From Mobula birostris (taxonomy: Eukaryota): DNA of 64,000 nucleotides. The translations under genes were made by a program, and so were the position numbers. Shown in pieces: positions 1 to 10,749 of the stretch (position 1 is the first letter of the stretch; each line of letters starts with the position of its first letter). The DNA is taken from assembly GCF_030028105.1 (NCBI RefSeq), contig NC_092370.1, forward strand, positions 176,586,647 through 176,650,646, read 5' to 3'. The notes under the pieces were generated by a model. It was given only the letters and a program-made list of their open reading frames with translations, made no database searches and was not told where the DNA came from.

Positions 1-95
1 GCAGCTTATTTTGATCCCGTGCGGTGGCCCCTCCATACCAGACGGTAATGCAGCCAGATAAAATGCTCCTCACGGTACATCTGTAGAAATTTTAA
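1..95 (-). mobile_element. Rex1/Babar LINE fragment (C-terminal part of ORF), cut by window edge
   Basis: Minus strand reads [30 protein letters not shown], the same motif as the other Rex1 copies in the window. Confidence 0.75.
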
Positions 96-3000
96 GTGCA
101 AAAGAATTTCAAGAGTTATCTCAAGCAAAAGAACAATTCTGATCAAGGTTAGAGGCAGAATAGGAGGCGAAATAGCATTGTAGATGGTGCAATTTTGCAA
201 AGAGAGAAGAACAGGAGCAGTGACACGGGCTTGCTTGGACCCAGTTTGCATTGGAATTGTATATGTGGTGGATCTGTTTGGAATCATCATGTTGCAGGCA
301 TTGAGTAGAGATAAATGGAAGCTAATGTACAAGCTGACATGGACTTTGCCTGTTTTGTTCATTCGATAGGCCTTAATCACATAACACTTCAGCAAGATGT
401 AATCCCTGTGAATTAATAGTACTTTTTAAATCAGTAGCTATTGGCTTTGTTACCTGTTTCAAGGAGTTCTACAGAACTTTGTACCACTGACACTTTGAGC
501 TTTATCCCACTTTTATAAATTTCATCTTGTGCATAGGATAGTATTATGGAAACATAGTTTCCTTGTTTAAACATCTCAATATCATCACAAAAATGATATC
601 ACATATAAATTAAGTCTATTAAGCTACAATATCTGCAGAAATTAAGTGGCAATACACTGCCAATCAGAATATTAGTTGCAGTATTTGTAAAAACTGATGA
701 AACATAATATTTACATTCACTTTGAAATCAAGTGGAAGGTAATATTTGCATTAACGTTGCATGAATTACAAGTTTAGAGGTGTGTAATTAATAGGTAACA
801 GGCATTTTTGAAAATCTTCACCAGTTTAAAAAATCACAAAAAATGAATATAATAAACTATTAATCCTGTGCAAATTTATCTGCTGTTTTCACATTTCGTC
901 TTTGAACATGAATTTTCAAATCTCCCTGAGATGATGTTTTATCTTGTTCCCTCGGTGGCCTGCAGTTACATATTGCTCGCTATGATCAAAGCAAGGGTGA
1001 CTCTTCATTGCATTCCTTTCACCTCTGAGAACCTGGAAACCATTCAGTACTACTTCATTAAGTATACGTCACTGATGTGCAGCTAAAAATATATTCAAAT
1101 TTTAATAGCATGGTTGCTAGGTGCCAAGTGAAGGAATCTTTTGGACAAAAGGTGACAGATTTGTTGTTTCATTCTCTTTGGACATTTGTGACTTTAATTC
1201 GTTGATTGTGATGGGATATAATGGCTGGTAGTGAAAGCACTGAATTCCTGAATTTTGCTGCGTCATTGTTTAAACTGCATCTATTAACACATTTTAACAA
1301 AGGGACCTGATTAAGCATGCATTCTCCCGTCTATTACATTCAGCTTTGCAAAGCTAGGTGTGAATATAATTATAAAACTTTTTCCCCAGTTGTTGAAGCT
1401 TTCCTTTGAAGCTTATTGTTTTTCCATATTTAGTGATACTAAATGTACCAGTTTTCCCTTGGTTGCACGAATTAGCAAGACTCATTGAAAGATTATTTTT
1501 TTAGAAGAGCAGTAAACCATTCCTGAGACAATAGCAATGAATTGATTCATGGAATTTGTTATGACAAAGCAGGCGTTAGAACCTATCTGTGGCCATTATT
1601 TTTCTGTGTAGACAGCTTGGATTCACTACAAATTGTGTTTCAAATATTTATTGAAAAAAGGAAAACCATTTCCTTAACCAGGTATTTAGTGTTGCATTAC
1701 ATTTGCAAAATATTAGTTCCTCTGAACATATGGAAAAATATGAAAATTGCAATAATCTATTTAACAGAATTTTTCATTTATGATTTGAATTGAATTGTTA
1801 TTGTCACACATACCAAATGAAAAGTAAGATGAAAACACACAATTTTAATTTTCTTGAACAGAAATGTTGCATCAAATCAAAGAGTTAGGGCAATCTCTGA
1901 TGGCAGGTTTCCCAAGTCTCTAATGTTTTTGTGTTTCATGGAATAATTGAGATCTAAAGTGGAGTTAGATATAAAGCAGATTAAAGCTTGCATTTCTTCA
2001 CCAACACCCTTCTTATCATCACTGTTTCCTGCTGGCACTTCATATAAATATGCCAGCAATGCTTTTTTATCAGATATGCAGGCACATTCCATTCTTCTTA
2101 AACTTTTCCGTTACGGTTAATAGAAATATTCATTTGGGTTGAAAGTACCGTACCGAGGTTCAGATAAAATAAATGCTAAATTTGATTGCTCCCAAAAATG
2201 TTTGCCGGCATCACAATACAGGATTAAATTACATCTGTTGCTTCTGATGCAGGTAGCATTTGAATTTTGTTGTACTTGCCACTTTCAGTGATTGCCGGAT
2301 GGCTGCATGCCTCAAATTGTGAGAGGCTAGCGCCTCTTGAAGTTAGGCAGCACTGCGCAATACCAAGTTGAGTCTCTTAAAGAGGAGCTACATTGAGGCT
2401 GCAGTTACTGGCATTTTTCAATGAAGATGTCGACACTGACAACAGACAATGTGCATTCTGTTCCCCACTGAGGTTCAGTCAGTAGAGTTTGTCCTTAAAA
2501 TCCTCGGGCTGATGTGTTCTCCTGTTGAGCCCTTCTTTCCCTTCTCTTTTTATGAGCTTTCCCTGCACTCCATGCTCTTTGCTCATCAGTTACCGAGATT
2601 GTGGAGCTGAGGCTGCAATTAGATTATCAATAATCTCACTGAATGTTCGAGTAGCCTACTCCTGCTCCAAAAATTAGTATGCATAATTCAACCATCTGTA
2701 TTCTGGTATGCTCGGGACCCCTAACCCCTCACAAATCCACCTCAAGCCTACTCACCATCATTTCATTGTGTTTTCTCTTGCAGAAATGCAATGATTTGCG
2801 TACTTAGAATGCTAGGAGCTGTGAATCCTGCTGTTGGGCGGAGATGAGCATTCAACTGATACACTGCTAAGTACTCTCTGGATCAATGGCAGACAAGATC
2901 TGTGCTTACAGAATGAATAGAATGATGGAGTGAAAGTAGATAAGGGAGTGGATACTTCACTTAAGGTACTTGCAGGTCATACCTGTTCTTCCAATTTATC

Positions 3001-3212
3001 CAAACATGGCAGGGCTGTCATCTGGCTGTAAAACACAAAGAATATTTGAAACATTTTAGCTACTACTTGGCTGTAACTACCTCTAACTTTGCTGAAGCCA
3101 CATGAGTTACCTAACATAGAAATTCTAGGAAGAGGAGCAATGGAGACTTTGGTATTTCATTTGATATACATGGCCGAGCTACACATTCTTCAAATGTTCA
3201 GTTTCAGTTGTA

Positions 3213-3856
3213 GGTAATGCCCTGGTTCACATCTGTATTGTCATGCTGTAGGCGTTTCATTTAGCAGCTCTGTAAGAGCTGCTGTTCTACTTTCAGCCTG
3301 TTTGGGTTATGGTTGAAGATAAGGGATGATTTGGAATGTGTGCCATCCAATTAGTGGGAGGTTTTCTTGGGGAAGGACAATAAGGTTGGGCTTGGGGCCT
3401 TTGTTCAAGAGAGGTGAAGAGATAAGACGTTGGGGAGAACTGGTCATAGCATACGATCTGGTGGGAGACCCATTTGTTCAAGATAGATTGCGAGCAACAT
3501 TCAAAAGGTGATGTGGTCTTTCTCGTTGGCTGAGGGCCCAGTGCGTGAGTGACAGAGAAGTTCAAGATGAGCTCTAATTCATGCACATTTGACTGTTCAA
3601 TTGGAATGTGCCCTTTTCTTTTTGTTATTCTTTACTAACCCTTCAGTTAAGATTCATAAATATAATTCCTTTCATCGTATGCAGTGTACTGTCGGTTATT
3701 TCGTGGCATTAATTTATAGCAGGGTAGCAAATGACACAGCATCCACACAAACTGAGGTTTGGGGTGGACTCAAGTGTGCCCCAATCTCACGAGTTTGGCG
3801 TGGCCAGAGGTCGTCTTCCCTAGACTTACGCAGCTGAGGAAACCAGAGTGGTTTCA
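3213..3856 (+). mobile_element. Probable solo LTR (~644 bp)
   Basis: Ends in ...gtttCA and starts ggtaatgccctggtt (presumed TG>GG change). The ends are weakly inverted and flanked by a 4-bp duplication tgta (3209-3212, 3857-3860). No coding content. Confidence 0.55.
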
Positions 3857-4099
3857 TGTATATATAAAACACACATAAATATTATTGTTTTGCACTATTT
3901 ACATGTCTTGCCCAATTAGCTTGCAGAAAGCAAGTGACCTTACATTTGTGTGATGATGAATGGGAAAGTATAAATTGCTGCAGATATTAGTTGGGTGTTG
4001 GGAGAGAGACTTGGTTGTTCGTGTTTGCAGAACTGTTTGGTGTCAATAACATGGAGGAGGTGTATGCAGGGTAAAAAAGTAGAGTTTGTATTAGATTAG

Positions 4100-5030
4100 T
4101 CAAAGTCTAAGTAAATTTATTATCACAGATATATCATCATATACTACCTTGAGATTCATTTTCTTGCAGCTATTTACAAGAAAATAAAAAGAAGTTATGA
4201 AAAAACTACAAACGGTATATTAAACAAAGCCTTACAAACAACCAATATGCAGAAGATAAATTATGCTAGTAAAAATATAAATAATATTGAGGATATGAAT
4301 TGTCGAGTCCTTGAAAGTGAGTCTGTAAGATGTGGAATCAGTTTAGAGTTGAGGTGTGTAAAGTTACATGTCAGTTGAGTTACTTGGTGGTTGTTGGATA
4401 ATTACTGTTCCTTGGTGGTTGTAGGATAATTACTGGTGTGGACTTAAGACTCCTGTACCTCCTGCCCAATGGTATTTGTGGGAAGAGAGCATGACCTGGA
4501 TGATGAGTGTCTTTCATGATGGATGCTCCTTTCATATGGCAATGTTCCATGTAACGGTGCTGAATGGTGGGGAGGGCTTTGCCTGTGATGGACTGGGCAA
4601 TATCCACCACTTTGTGTAGACTTTTCCATTCCTGGGATTTGGTGTTTCCATAGCAGGCCATGATGCAACCAGTTAAGATTCTCTCCACTCTGCATCTATA
4701 GAAATTTGTTGAAGTTTTTGATGGCGTGCTGAACCAACACAAACCTCTAAGTAGAGGCACAGTTGACCTTCTTTATGATGGCATTTATGTGTTGGTCCTA
4801 GGACAGATCCTCTAATATGATAACAGTAAGGAATTTATAATTACCCACTCTCTCCATCTACAATCCTTTAATGAAAACCGGTTCATTGACTGAGGGTTTC
4901 TTTGGTTTTGCTGATGTTGAGTGAGAGGTTGTTGTGGCACCATTGGACCACATTTTCAATCTCAATCCTATGTATGTGCCGATTCATTATAACCTTTGAT
5001 TCGACTAGCAACAGAGATGTTATCACCAAC
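4100..5030 (-). mobile_element. Rex1/Babar LINE, 3' half of a copy interrupted at ~5030
   Basis: ORF 4380-4760 (NFYRCRVERILTGCIMACYG...HPGHALF...GRRYRSLK) followed by the 3' UTR. Confidence 0.85.
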
Positions 5031-6150
5031 TCTCACAGCCCCTAGGACCCTGTAATTTCAACCTATGAGTCCGATGTGGGAAGATCCCTTCTGGAGGGTG
5101 AACCCTTGGAAAGCATCCAGCCCAGGTGGGGAACCTGACCGAGTACTAAAGACCTGTGCTGAAACTGGCTGGAGTGTTCATTGAGATCTTTAATCTTTCA
5201 CTTTGGCAGTCTGAAGTACCCACCTGTTTCAAACAGACTTCAGTTATACCAGTACCTAAGAAGAATGTGATAACCTGCCACATATCCAGTAGCACTTACC
5301 TCCATAGTGATGAAGTGTTGGTGAAGAAACGTATCACTCCTGCTTGAGAAGTGACTTGGATCCACTCCAATTTGCCTACCAGCACAATAGATTCACGCAA
5401 ATGCCATTTCATGGGCTCTTTATACATACGTCAGAGTGCTCTTTATTGACTACAGCTCGGCATTTAGTACTATCATCCCCTCAAAACTAATCAATAAGCT
5501 CCAAGACCTGGGCCTCAATACTTGCTTGTGCAATTGGATCCTTGATTTCCTCACTTGCAGACCCTAGTCAGTTTCAATTGACAACACCTCCTCCACAATG
5601 TCCATCACTGCAGGTACACCACAAGGCTGTGTGCTTAGCCCCCTGCTCTACTCAGTCTAAACTTATGATTGTGTGGCTAAGCACAGCTCCAACGTCATAT
5701 CTGTTTGCTGACGACACCACTGTTGTAGGCCGAATTAGAGGAGGTGATGAATCAGCATAGAAGAGGGAGATTGAAACAACAACAGTCTCTTACTCAATGT
5801 CAGCAAGACCAAGCAGTTGATTATCGACTTCAGAAGGAGGAAACTGGAGGTCCATGAACCAGTCCCCATTGGGGAATCAGAGGCGGAGAACGTCAGCAAC
5901 TTTAAATTCCTCAGTTTTTTTCATTTCAGAGGATCTGTCCTGGGTCCAGCATGTAGTTCTTTTTTTCTTCTTTCTTTTTGTATTTGAACAATTTGTTGTC
6001 TTCTGCACACTGGTTGTCTGCTCTTTTGGTGTGGACTTTCATTGATTCTATTATGGTTATTGGATTTATTGAGTATGCCTGTAAGCAAATGATTCTCAGG
6101 ATTGTATATGACATATATGTACTTTGATAATAAATATGCTTTGATATTCG
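5030..6150 (+). mobile_element. Rex1/Babar LINE, 5'-truncated, nested in an opposite-strand Rex1
   Basis: [13 protein letters not shown]...PTCFK...IPVPKK; LDPLQFAY; LFIDYSSAF; LFADDTTVVGRI; 3' end with aataaa near 6128. Confidence 0.85.
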
Positions 6151-6151
6151 A

Positions 6152-6845
6152 AACTTAAATATGATGTTGGAGCTGCGCTTAGCCACACAATCATAGGTAT
6201 AAAATGAGTAGAGTAGGGGGTTAAGCTCACAGCTTGCTGAAGGCGATGGTAGATTAGATGTTGTTGCCAATCCATACTAACTGGGGTATGCAAGCGAGAA
6301 AATAAAGGATCCAGTTGCATAGGAAAGTATTAAGACCTAGGTCTTGGAGCTTAGTGATTAGATTCAAGGGGATGATAGTATCGAATGCTGAGCTGTAGCC
6401 AATGAAGAGCATCCTGATATAGGCACCTTCATTGTCCAGATGCTCCAGAGCTGAGTCAAGGGCCAATGAAATGGCATCTGCAGTTGACCTGTTGTGACAG
6501 TAGGCAAACTGGAATAGATCCCAGTCACTCCTCAGACAAGAATTGCTATGCTTCACGACCAACCTCTCAAAGAACTTCATCACAGTGGATGTGAGTGCTA
6601 CTGGACTAAATAGTCACTGAGGCAGGTTACCACGTTCCTCTTGGGTACCTCAGACTCCAAAACAAGAAGCTGAAGATGTCCATAAACTCTGCAACCAGTA
6701 AATTAGCACAGGTCTTTAGAACTGGGCCAGTTGAGCTATCTGGGCCAGATGCTTTCCATGGATTCATATTCCTGCAGGAAAGTCTCTCATTAGCCTCAGA
6801 GAATGAAATCACAGTATCATTAGGGACTGTGGGGGTTCATGAGAT
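6152..6845 (-). mobile_element. Rex1/Babar LINE, RT portion continuous with 4100-5030
   Basis: ORF 6254-6583 (QFAYCHNRSTADAISLAL...YIRMLFIGYSSAFDTIIP). Ends at SSNIIFKF and resumes at ~5030. Confidence 0.85.
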
Positions 6846-7093
6846 TATGAGTGAATACATTAGTGGAATCAAAGTGAACCTTACAAAGTGAGTAAATCGA
6901 GCTGAACAATCACCTTTTCACCATTCTTCTCTGACTCAACTTTGTTCTTTTCCTTGGGTAATAGGAAGGGGTTCACTGCCCTATATCTTGTCCTTCTATA
7001 GATCCAAGTTTTGCTGCTGCTCACATCTCCAACCTAACAGTATGTTTTTCAGTGACACGCCTAGTGATAATATAGTTTTTATTGTATCACTTC

Positions 7094-7294
7094 TCTTGTG
7101 TATGTGGCCTGTTTACACAACTATGTTATTAATAAAAACGTGGGAGACAGGAGCTAAGTTTCATGGTTCCTTACTGGTAGAGTCTGAACTTTTACTCACA
7201 CACATACAGATCCCTACGCACCTAATAGCGCATGCAATGATGTGTTACTACAACATAAAGTAGACCCTTATTATAATGTAGGCCATACAGTACA
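7094..7294 (-). repeat. 3' LTR (201 bp)
   Basis: Aligns without gaps to 10750-10950 with 22 mismatches by manual count. Minus strand begins TGTAC; the terminal CA is mutated to GA. Confidence 0.95.
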
Positions 7295-7307
7295 CTCCTC
7301 CCCTTTT
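7295..7307 (-). other. Polypurine tract
   Basis: Minus strand AAAAGGGGAGGAG immediately upstream of the 3' LTR. Confidence 0.9.
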
Positions 7308-7403
7308 ATTTTAATAGTGTATCAACTGTTTTTTTTTTACTGGGTCACTATGCTAAACAAATTTGTCTACCCCAACATACAAACACCTACCATTTGTTTA
7401 CTT

Positions 7404-7461
7404 AGTAACTTAATAATATCAAATCATAACAAAGTAACTTAATAATATCAAATTATAACAA
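7404..7461. repeat. 29-bp tandem duplication in the 3' untranslated part of the LTR element
   Basis: agtaacttaataatatcaaat(c/t)ataacaa twice. Confidence 0.9.
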
Positions 7462-7493
7462 GCCTTTTTTTTTACTTTGGGTCTAAGACCCAT

Positions 7494-7555
7494 TTATAAC
7501 TCAAGTCTCTAGGGGGAGGGGTGGTTCTTCTCTGCCTCTCTGGATAACGACTGTC
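7494..7555 (-). pseudogene. Residual C-terminal tail of Gypsy pol/integrase
   Basis: Reads DSRYPERQRR..PP..RLEL* with a frameshift, matching the RYPxRxRxPPxRL ending typical of Mag-type polyproteins. Confidence 0.6.
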
Positions 7556-7658
7556 AATAAACTTGTTTGTTTTAATACAAATTTCCATATAAAAATCATG
7601 AAAAGTTGACCTCTGAGAATAGGGAGTTAAGATGTGCGCCTCCAACTTGCTAAGAGTT

Positions 7659-8595
7659 CTAGGCAGCAGATCGTCTCTGTATAATGAAGACTGCTCTGTG
7701 CAGCTGTCCTAGATATATACGCATCTTTGTGCTATCACTTGTCTTCCTTACCCATATCTCATTTGTTCCCCAACTGAGCTAATTACATAGCCAATCTTCG
7801 TATTCTCCTTAGATTCCAAATAGATAGCCTGACCTTTATGATACCATCTCTTATTGTAATATAACTTTCCATCTTCTATTCGTCCTTCATATCTTTGTGC
7901 TAGTGATTCAGCAGGAGTGCTGAGAAGATGCTCAGTAGAAGATAGAGATGCTGGTCTTTTTGGAGATTTAAGCCGATTGAGAGTTTGCAGATCTTCCGTT
8001 ATCTGTTCATCTGTTAACAAGTAATGTAACTGCACAGGTGCAGGTTTTCATCTTCTGTCTGTAATTGGAACAGGGTCATTAGGTCTCCTCCTTAGTTTCC
8101 TAGTCGTTATTGGCTCTATCTCCATAGACTCTCCTGTGAGTTCCATTGTTAGCCTCTCATTCTCAATCATCTTTTTTCTTTTCTTCTAACTCAATCTTTT
8201 TAACTTCAAATCTCTTCACTGCAGCTTTCTTCTCTTTAATATAATTCCTTTCCACTTGTTCTGTCTCCAGTTGCAGAAAAAGCTCTGCATTTCGTATTGT
8301 TTCCTTGTATTTTTGATCTAGTTTCTTCACCCTTTTCTGATACTCCTGCAAAGTGTCTTCCTATAACTGCTGTAGCTGTCCTTTGAGAGATGTCAATTTC
8401 TCCTGGTACATCTGCCCTTTTACTTCCAGGTAGTCTTCATCATCCTGCTTATTGGCAATATCTGTCTCTCTTGCTTCCTCTGTATCTTTATCCGAGTCGT
8501 GGCCACGGATACTGCATTCGTCCTCATCGTCAACGCTGTTTAGCTCCTCCTTGTCGTTGTAATAGTCGACAATGGATGAGGAGAGCTGTGGACAT
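7659..8595 (-). pseudogene. SUDS3: Intronless, start-to-stop retrocopy of Sin3 histone deacetylase corepressor complex component SDS3
   Basis: [17 protein letters not shown]...[17 protein letters not shown]...[17 protein letters not shown]...[20 protein letters not shown]...[13 protein letters not shown]...LLTDEQI...KSPKRP...[25 protein letters not shown]...[21 protein letters not shown]....IIQRRSAA*. Disabled by frameshifts (~8575, ~8170, ~7768), stops (8361-8363, ~8050) and a 24-nt deletion. About 100 nt of putative 3' UTR with ATTAAA follows (7556-7658). Confidence 0.95.
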
Positions 8596-8633
8596 CTTCC
8601 CAACCGAGCTGCCCTCCTTTGTTGACGCATCTT

Positions 8634-9199
8634 TATTCGTCCATCGTCATCATCGATGAAGACCTCGACACCATTGATGGTGCCCAGACTAGCTCATGAT
8701 TTGGATTTAAGTGAGGGAGAGTTGCGCAGCGTCAGCCTCACTCTCTCTTCCCAATTCCCATCTGGATCCAATGGCAAGACAGAGTCGAGATAGCTGGAGA
8801 TGGGACTAGGCACAGTGGATAACCAGGATGTCTTCTGTGTCTTGTTGTGCTCTACCCGTTCCATGACGCTTGCAGAGTCTGTCTTCTTGACCATTGGACC
8901 TTCCATTAGTTTCATCCACTCAATCCGCCGGAGTCTGTCTTCACATGCTGGGATAGACATCTCCCTATCTCACCGAGGGTTTGAGACCCATCGGCTTCCC
9001 TCACCTGGTTTAGCCGTTTAGCCGGCTTGTTGAAGTCGTTGCCCGGGGTGTGGCCACTGTCACATGCAAACAGCTACGAGGAGCCACAGGTGAGAGCTGA
9101 GTGCCAGGTGGGGACCAAAGGTGGACTAACCGCCTTGAAAAGGACGTGACATGTTCCCCCACCAGAGGTGCTACCACTCCCTGACACCCCATACACCCC
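8634..9199 (-). mobile_element. 566-bp non-autonomous retroposon (SINE/RTE-like) inserted secondarily into the LTR element
   Basis: Flanked by an 11-bp imperfect TSD tgacgcatctt (8623-8633) / taacacatctt (9200-9210). Minus-strand 3' end is gatgatgacgatg-like. Confidence 0.7.
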
Positions 9200-9530
9200 T
9201 AACACATCTTGTGCCTTGATGGTGTGCCAATCCAACTGGATTTTCCTGAGCCATTCCCGTCCTAGCAACAGTGGTCCTCCATTTTTCAGTACATAGCGGT
9301 TCAGCTGCTGTGTTTTGTCTTCGTAGGTCACTGTCACTTTAATTTTGGCTTTGGGACGCACTTTCTGTCCTGTGTAAGTCTTTAGCAGTAGTTTAGTTCG
9401 TTTCAGAGGTATGTGAGAAAACAGTCGTTAGTAGTCATGTACAGAGATCACTGTTAAAGCTGGGCCTGTGTCCAACTCCATTTTCAGTCTCACGCTTGCC
9501 ACTTGTGGAGTGATCCTTATCACTCTTCAA
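9200..9530 (-). pseudogene. Gypsy aspartic protease (disrupted)
   Basis: LKMELDTGPALTV...LKTYTGQK...GGPLLLGREWLRKIQLDW. Confidence 0.9.
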
Positions 9531-10367
9531 TCATCTGTCTCTTTCACGCTGTGAAGCAGCAGACAAGACAATTCACTTTCGTCTGAGTTGTTTTCATCAG
9601 AACTGATTTCTTCCATTTTGTGTACATTGTTGTGTTTTCCTTTCTGGGGTTTCTTGTTTCTCTGTATTTTGTCTGTTTTCTGTTGTTTACTAGCTTTGCA
9701 TACTCTGCCAGTGTGGCCCTGTTTGCCACAGTTTCTGCATTCTTTGTCTTTAAACCAACAGTCCTCAGGGTCATGTGACATGTTCCCATAATTGTAACAT
9801 TTATTTCCTTCATTTCTGTTTGGTGACATTTTATTCGTAGCATACTCGAGAGATTTTTTTGTACCTCTGAAGCAGCTCGTGCTTCTGTTTCCGTTGATAT
9901 TGCGATGTTCGGCACCTTCTGTAATTAAGGTCTTTTTCACTCAGGAGCTTCTTCTGTGTGGTTTCACATTCCGCACACTAACCTGTCCCTCAATGTATCC
10001 GATAGACAAGGTTCAAATTGACAACGTTCCAATAACTTGCGCAATTCACAATATTCAGAAATGCTTTCATTTTTGCTCTAATTCTGTTTGTGAAATTTAA
10101 ATCTTTCAGCAATGACCAGTGGTTTGGGGTTTAATGCTGTTGGAGAGTGTCTACTATTTGCTTGAATGTTTTGTCAGCTGGCTTTTCAGGGGTTAACAAG
10201 CTCTGTAGCAGCCCATATGTTTTTGCTGTCATAATACTGAGTAAGACACTGGCTTTCTTTTCATCATTAACACCATTAGCCTCATTATATAACTCCACTC
10301 TCTCAATGTAAGTTGCCCAGTCTTCAATGCCACTATCAAATGCTGTAATGGTTCCAATCATTGCCAC
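9530..10367 (-). pseudogene. Gypsy gag (disrupted) with two zinc knuckles
   Basis: IGTITAFDSGIEDWATYIERVELY..ANGV..EKKASVLLS...YGLLQSLLTPEKP...LVIAERFKFH...LRDRLVCG...CYNYGNMSHDPEDC....ECRNCGKQGHTGRVC. Confidence 0.92.
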
Positions 10368-10519
10368 CTTTGTTATGTTAATTTAGCCCCTTTTCCCCCT
10401 TTTTTTCTTTTTGACTCATGTGTCCTTTTTGCTAGCCCCACGAGCGCACTCTGTCTAGATGTGTGTGTCGCTCCTTTTTATCTCCCTTCTGGGGCAGGCA
10501 GACCCTCAGCCCCTGGGGG

Positions 10520-10693
10520 TCAGCGCTGGCTGTGGTCTCGGCTGGACATGCTGCGGCTCCGACTGTGTTTCTTGGCCTCCCGATGTTCCTGACTCCGGCT
10601 GTGCTCCTGCTTCCTTTCGGACTCGTGGCCTTGCTCTGTCTCCTTCTCCCACTCCTTGGCTTGTTCCTTGCGCTCTTCCTCCAAGTGTCGCTT
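10520..10693 (-). pseudogene. Captured 3' coding end of an RS/RE-rich splicing-factor mRNA, ACIN1 (Acinus)-like
   Basis: A frame absent from the ORF track reads KRHLEEERKEQAKEWEKETEQGHESERKQEHSRSQEHREAKKHSRSRSMSSRDHSQR*. Reverting CpG-decay codons gives ...KEREKETER...REHSR...KKHSRSRS..SRDRSRR*, resembling the ACIN1 C-terminus as I recall it. Confidence 0.6.
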
Positions 10694-10735
10694 TCAACTA
10701 AAACCCGGCGTTCCGATAAGATGTAGGTTCATTAA

Positions 10736-10746
10736 CCTCGTCACCA
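10736..10746 (-). other. Primer-binding site
   Basis: TGGTGACGAGG, 3 nt downstream of the 5' LTR end (TGG is complementary to tRNA CCA). Confidence 0.75.
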
Positions 10747-10749
10747 ATT

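Noticed and set aside
1877-2092. 71-aa minus-strand ORF and other short ORFs in AT-rich unique DNA
   Set aside because: No homology recognised and no consistent splice signals; expected by chance.
7659-8595. SUDS3 as a functional host gene
   Set aside because: Intronless, with several stops and frameshifts, and enclosed by LTRs; it is a captured pseudogene.
10459-10726. ORF-track ORFs 10459-10701, 10463-10726 and 10506-10697
   Set aside because: Shadow frames of the GC-rich ACIN1-like fragment; no independent protein signal.
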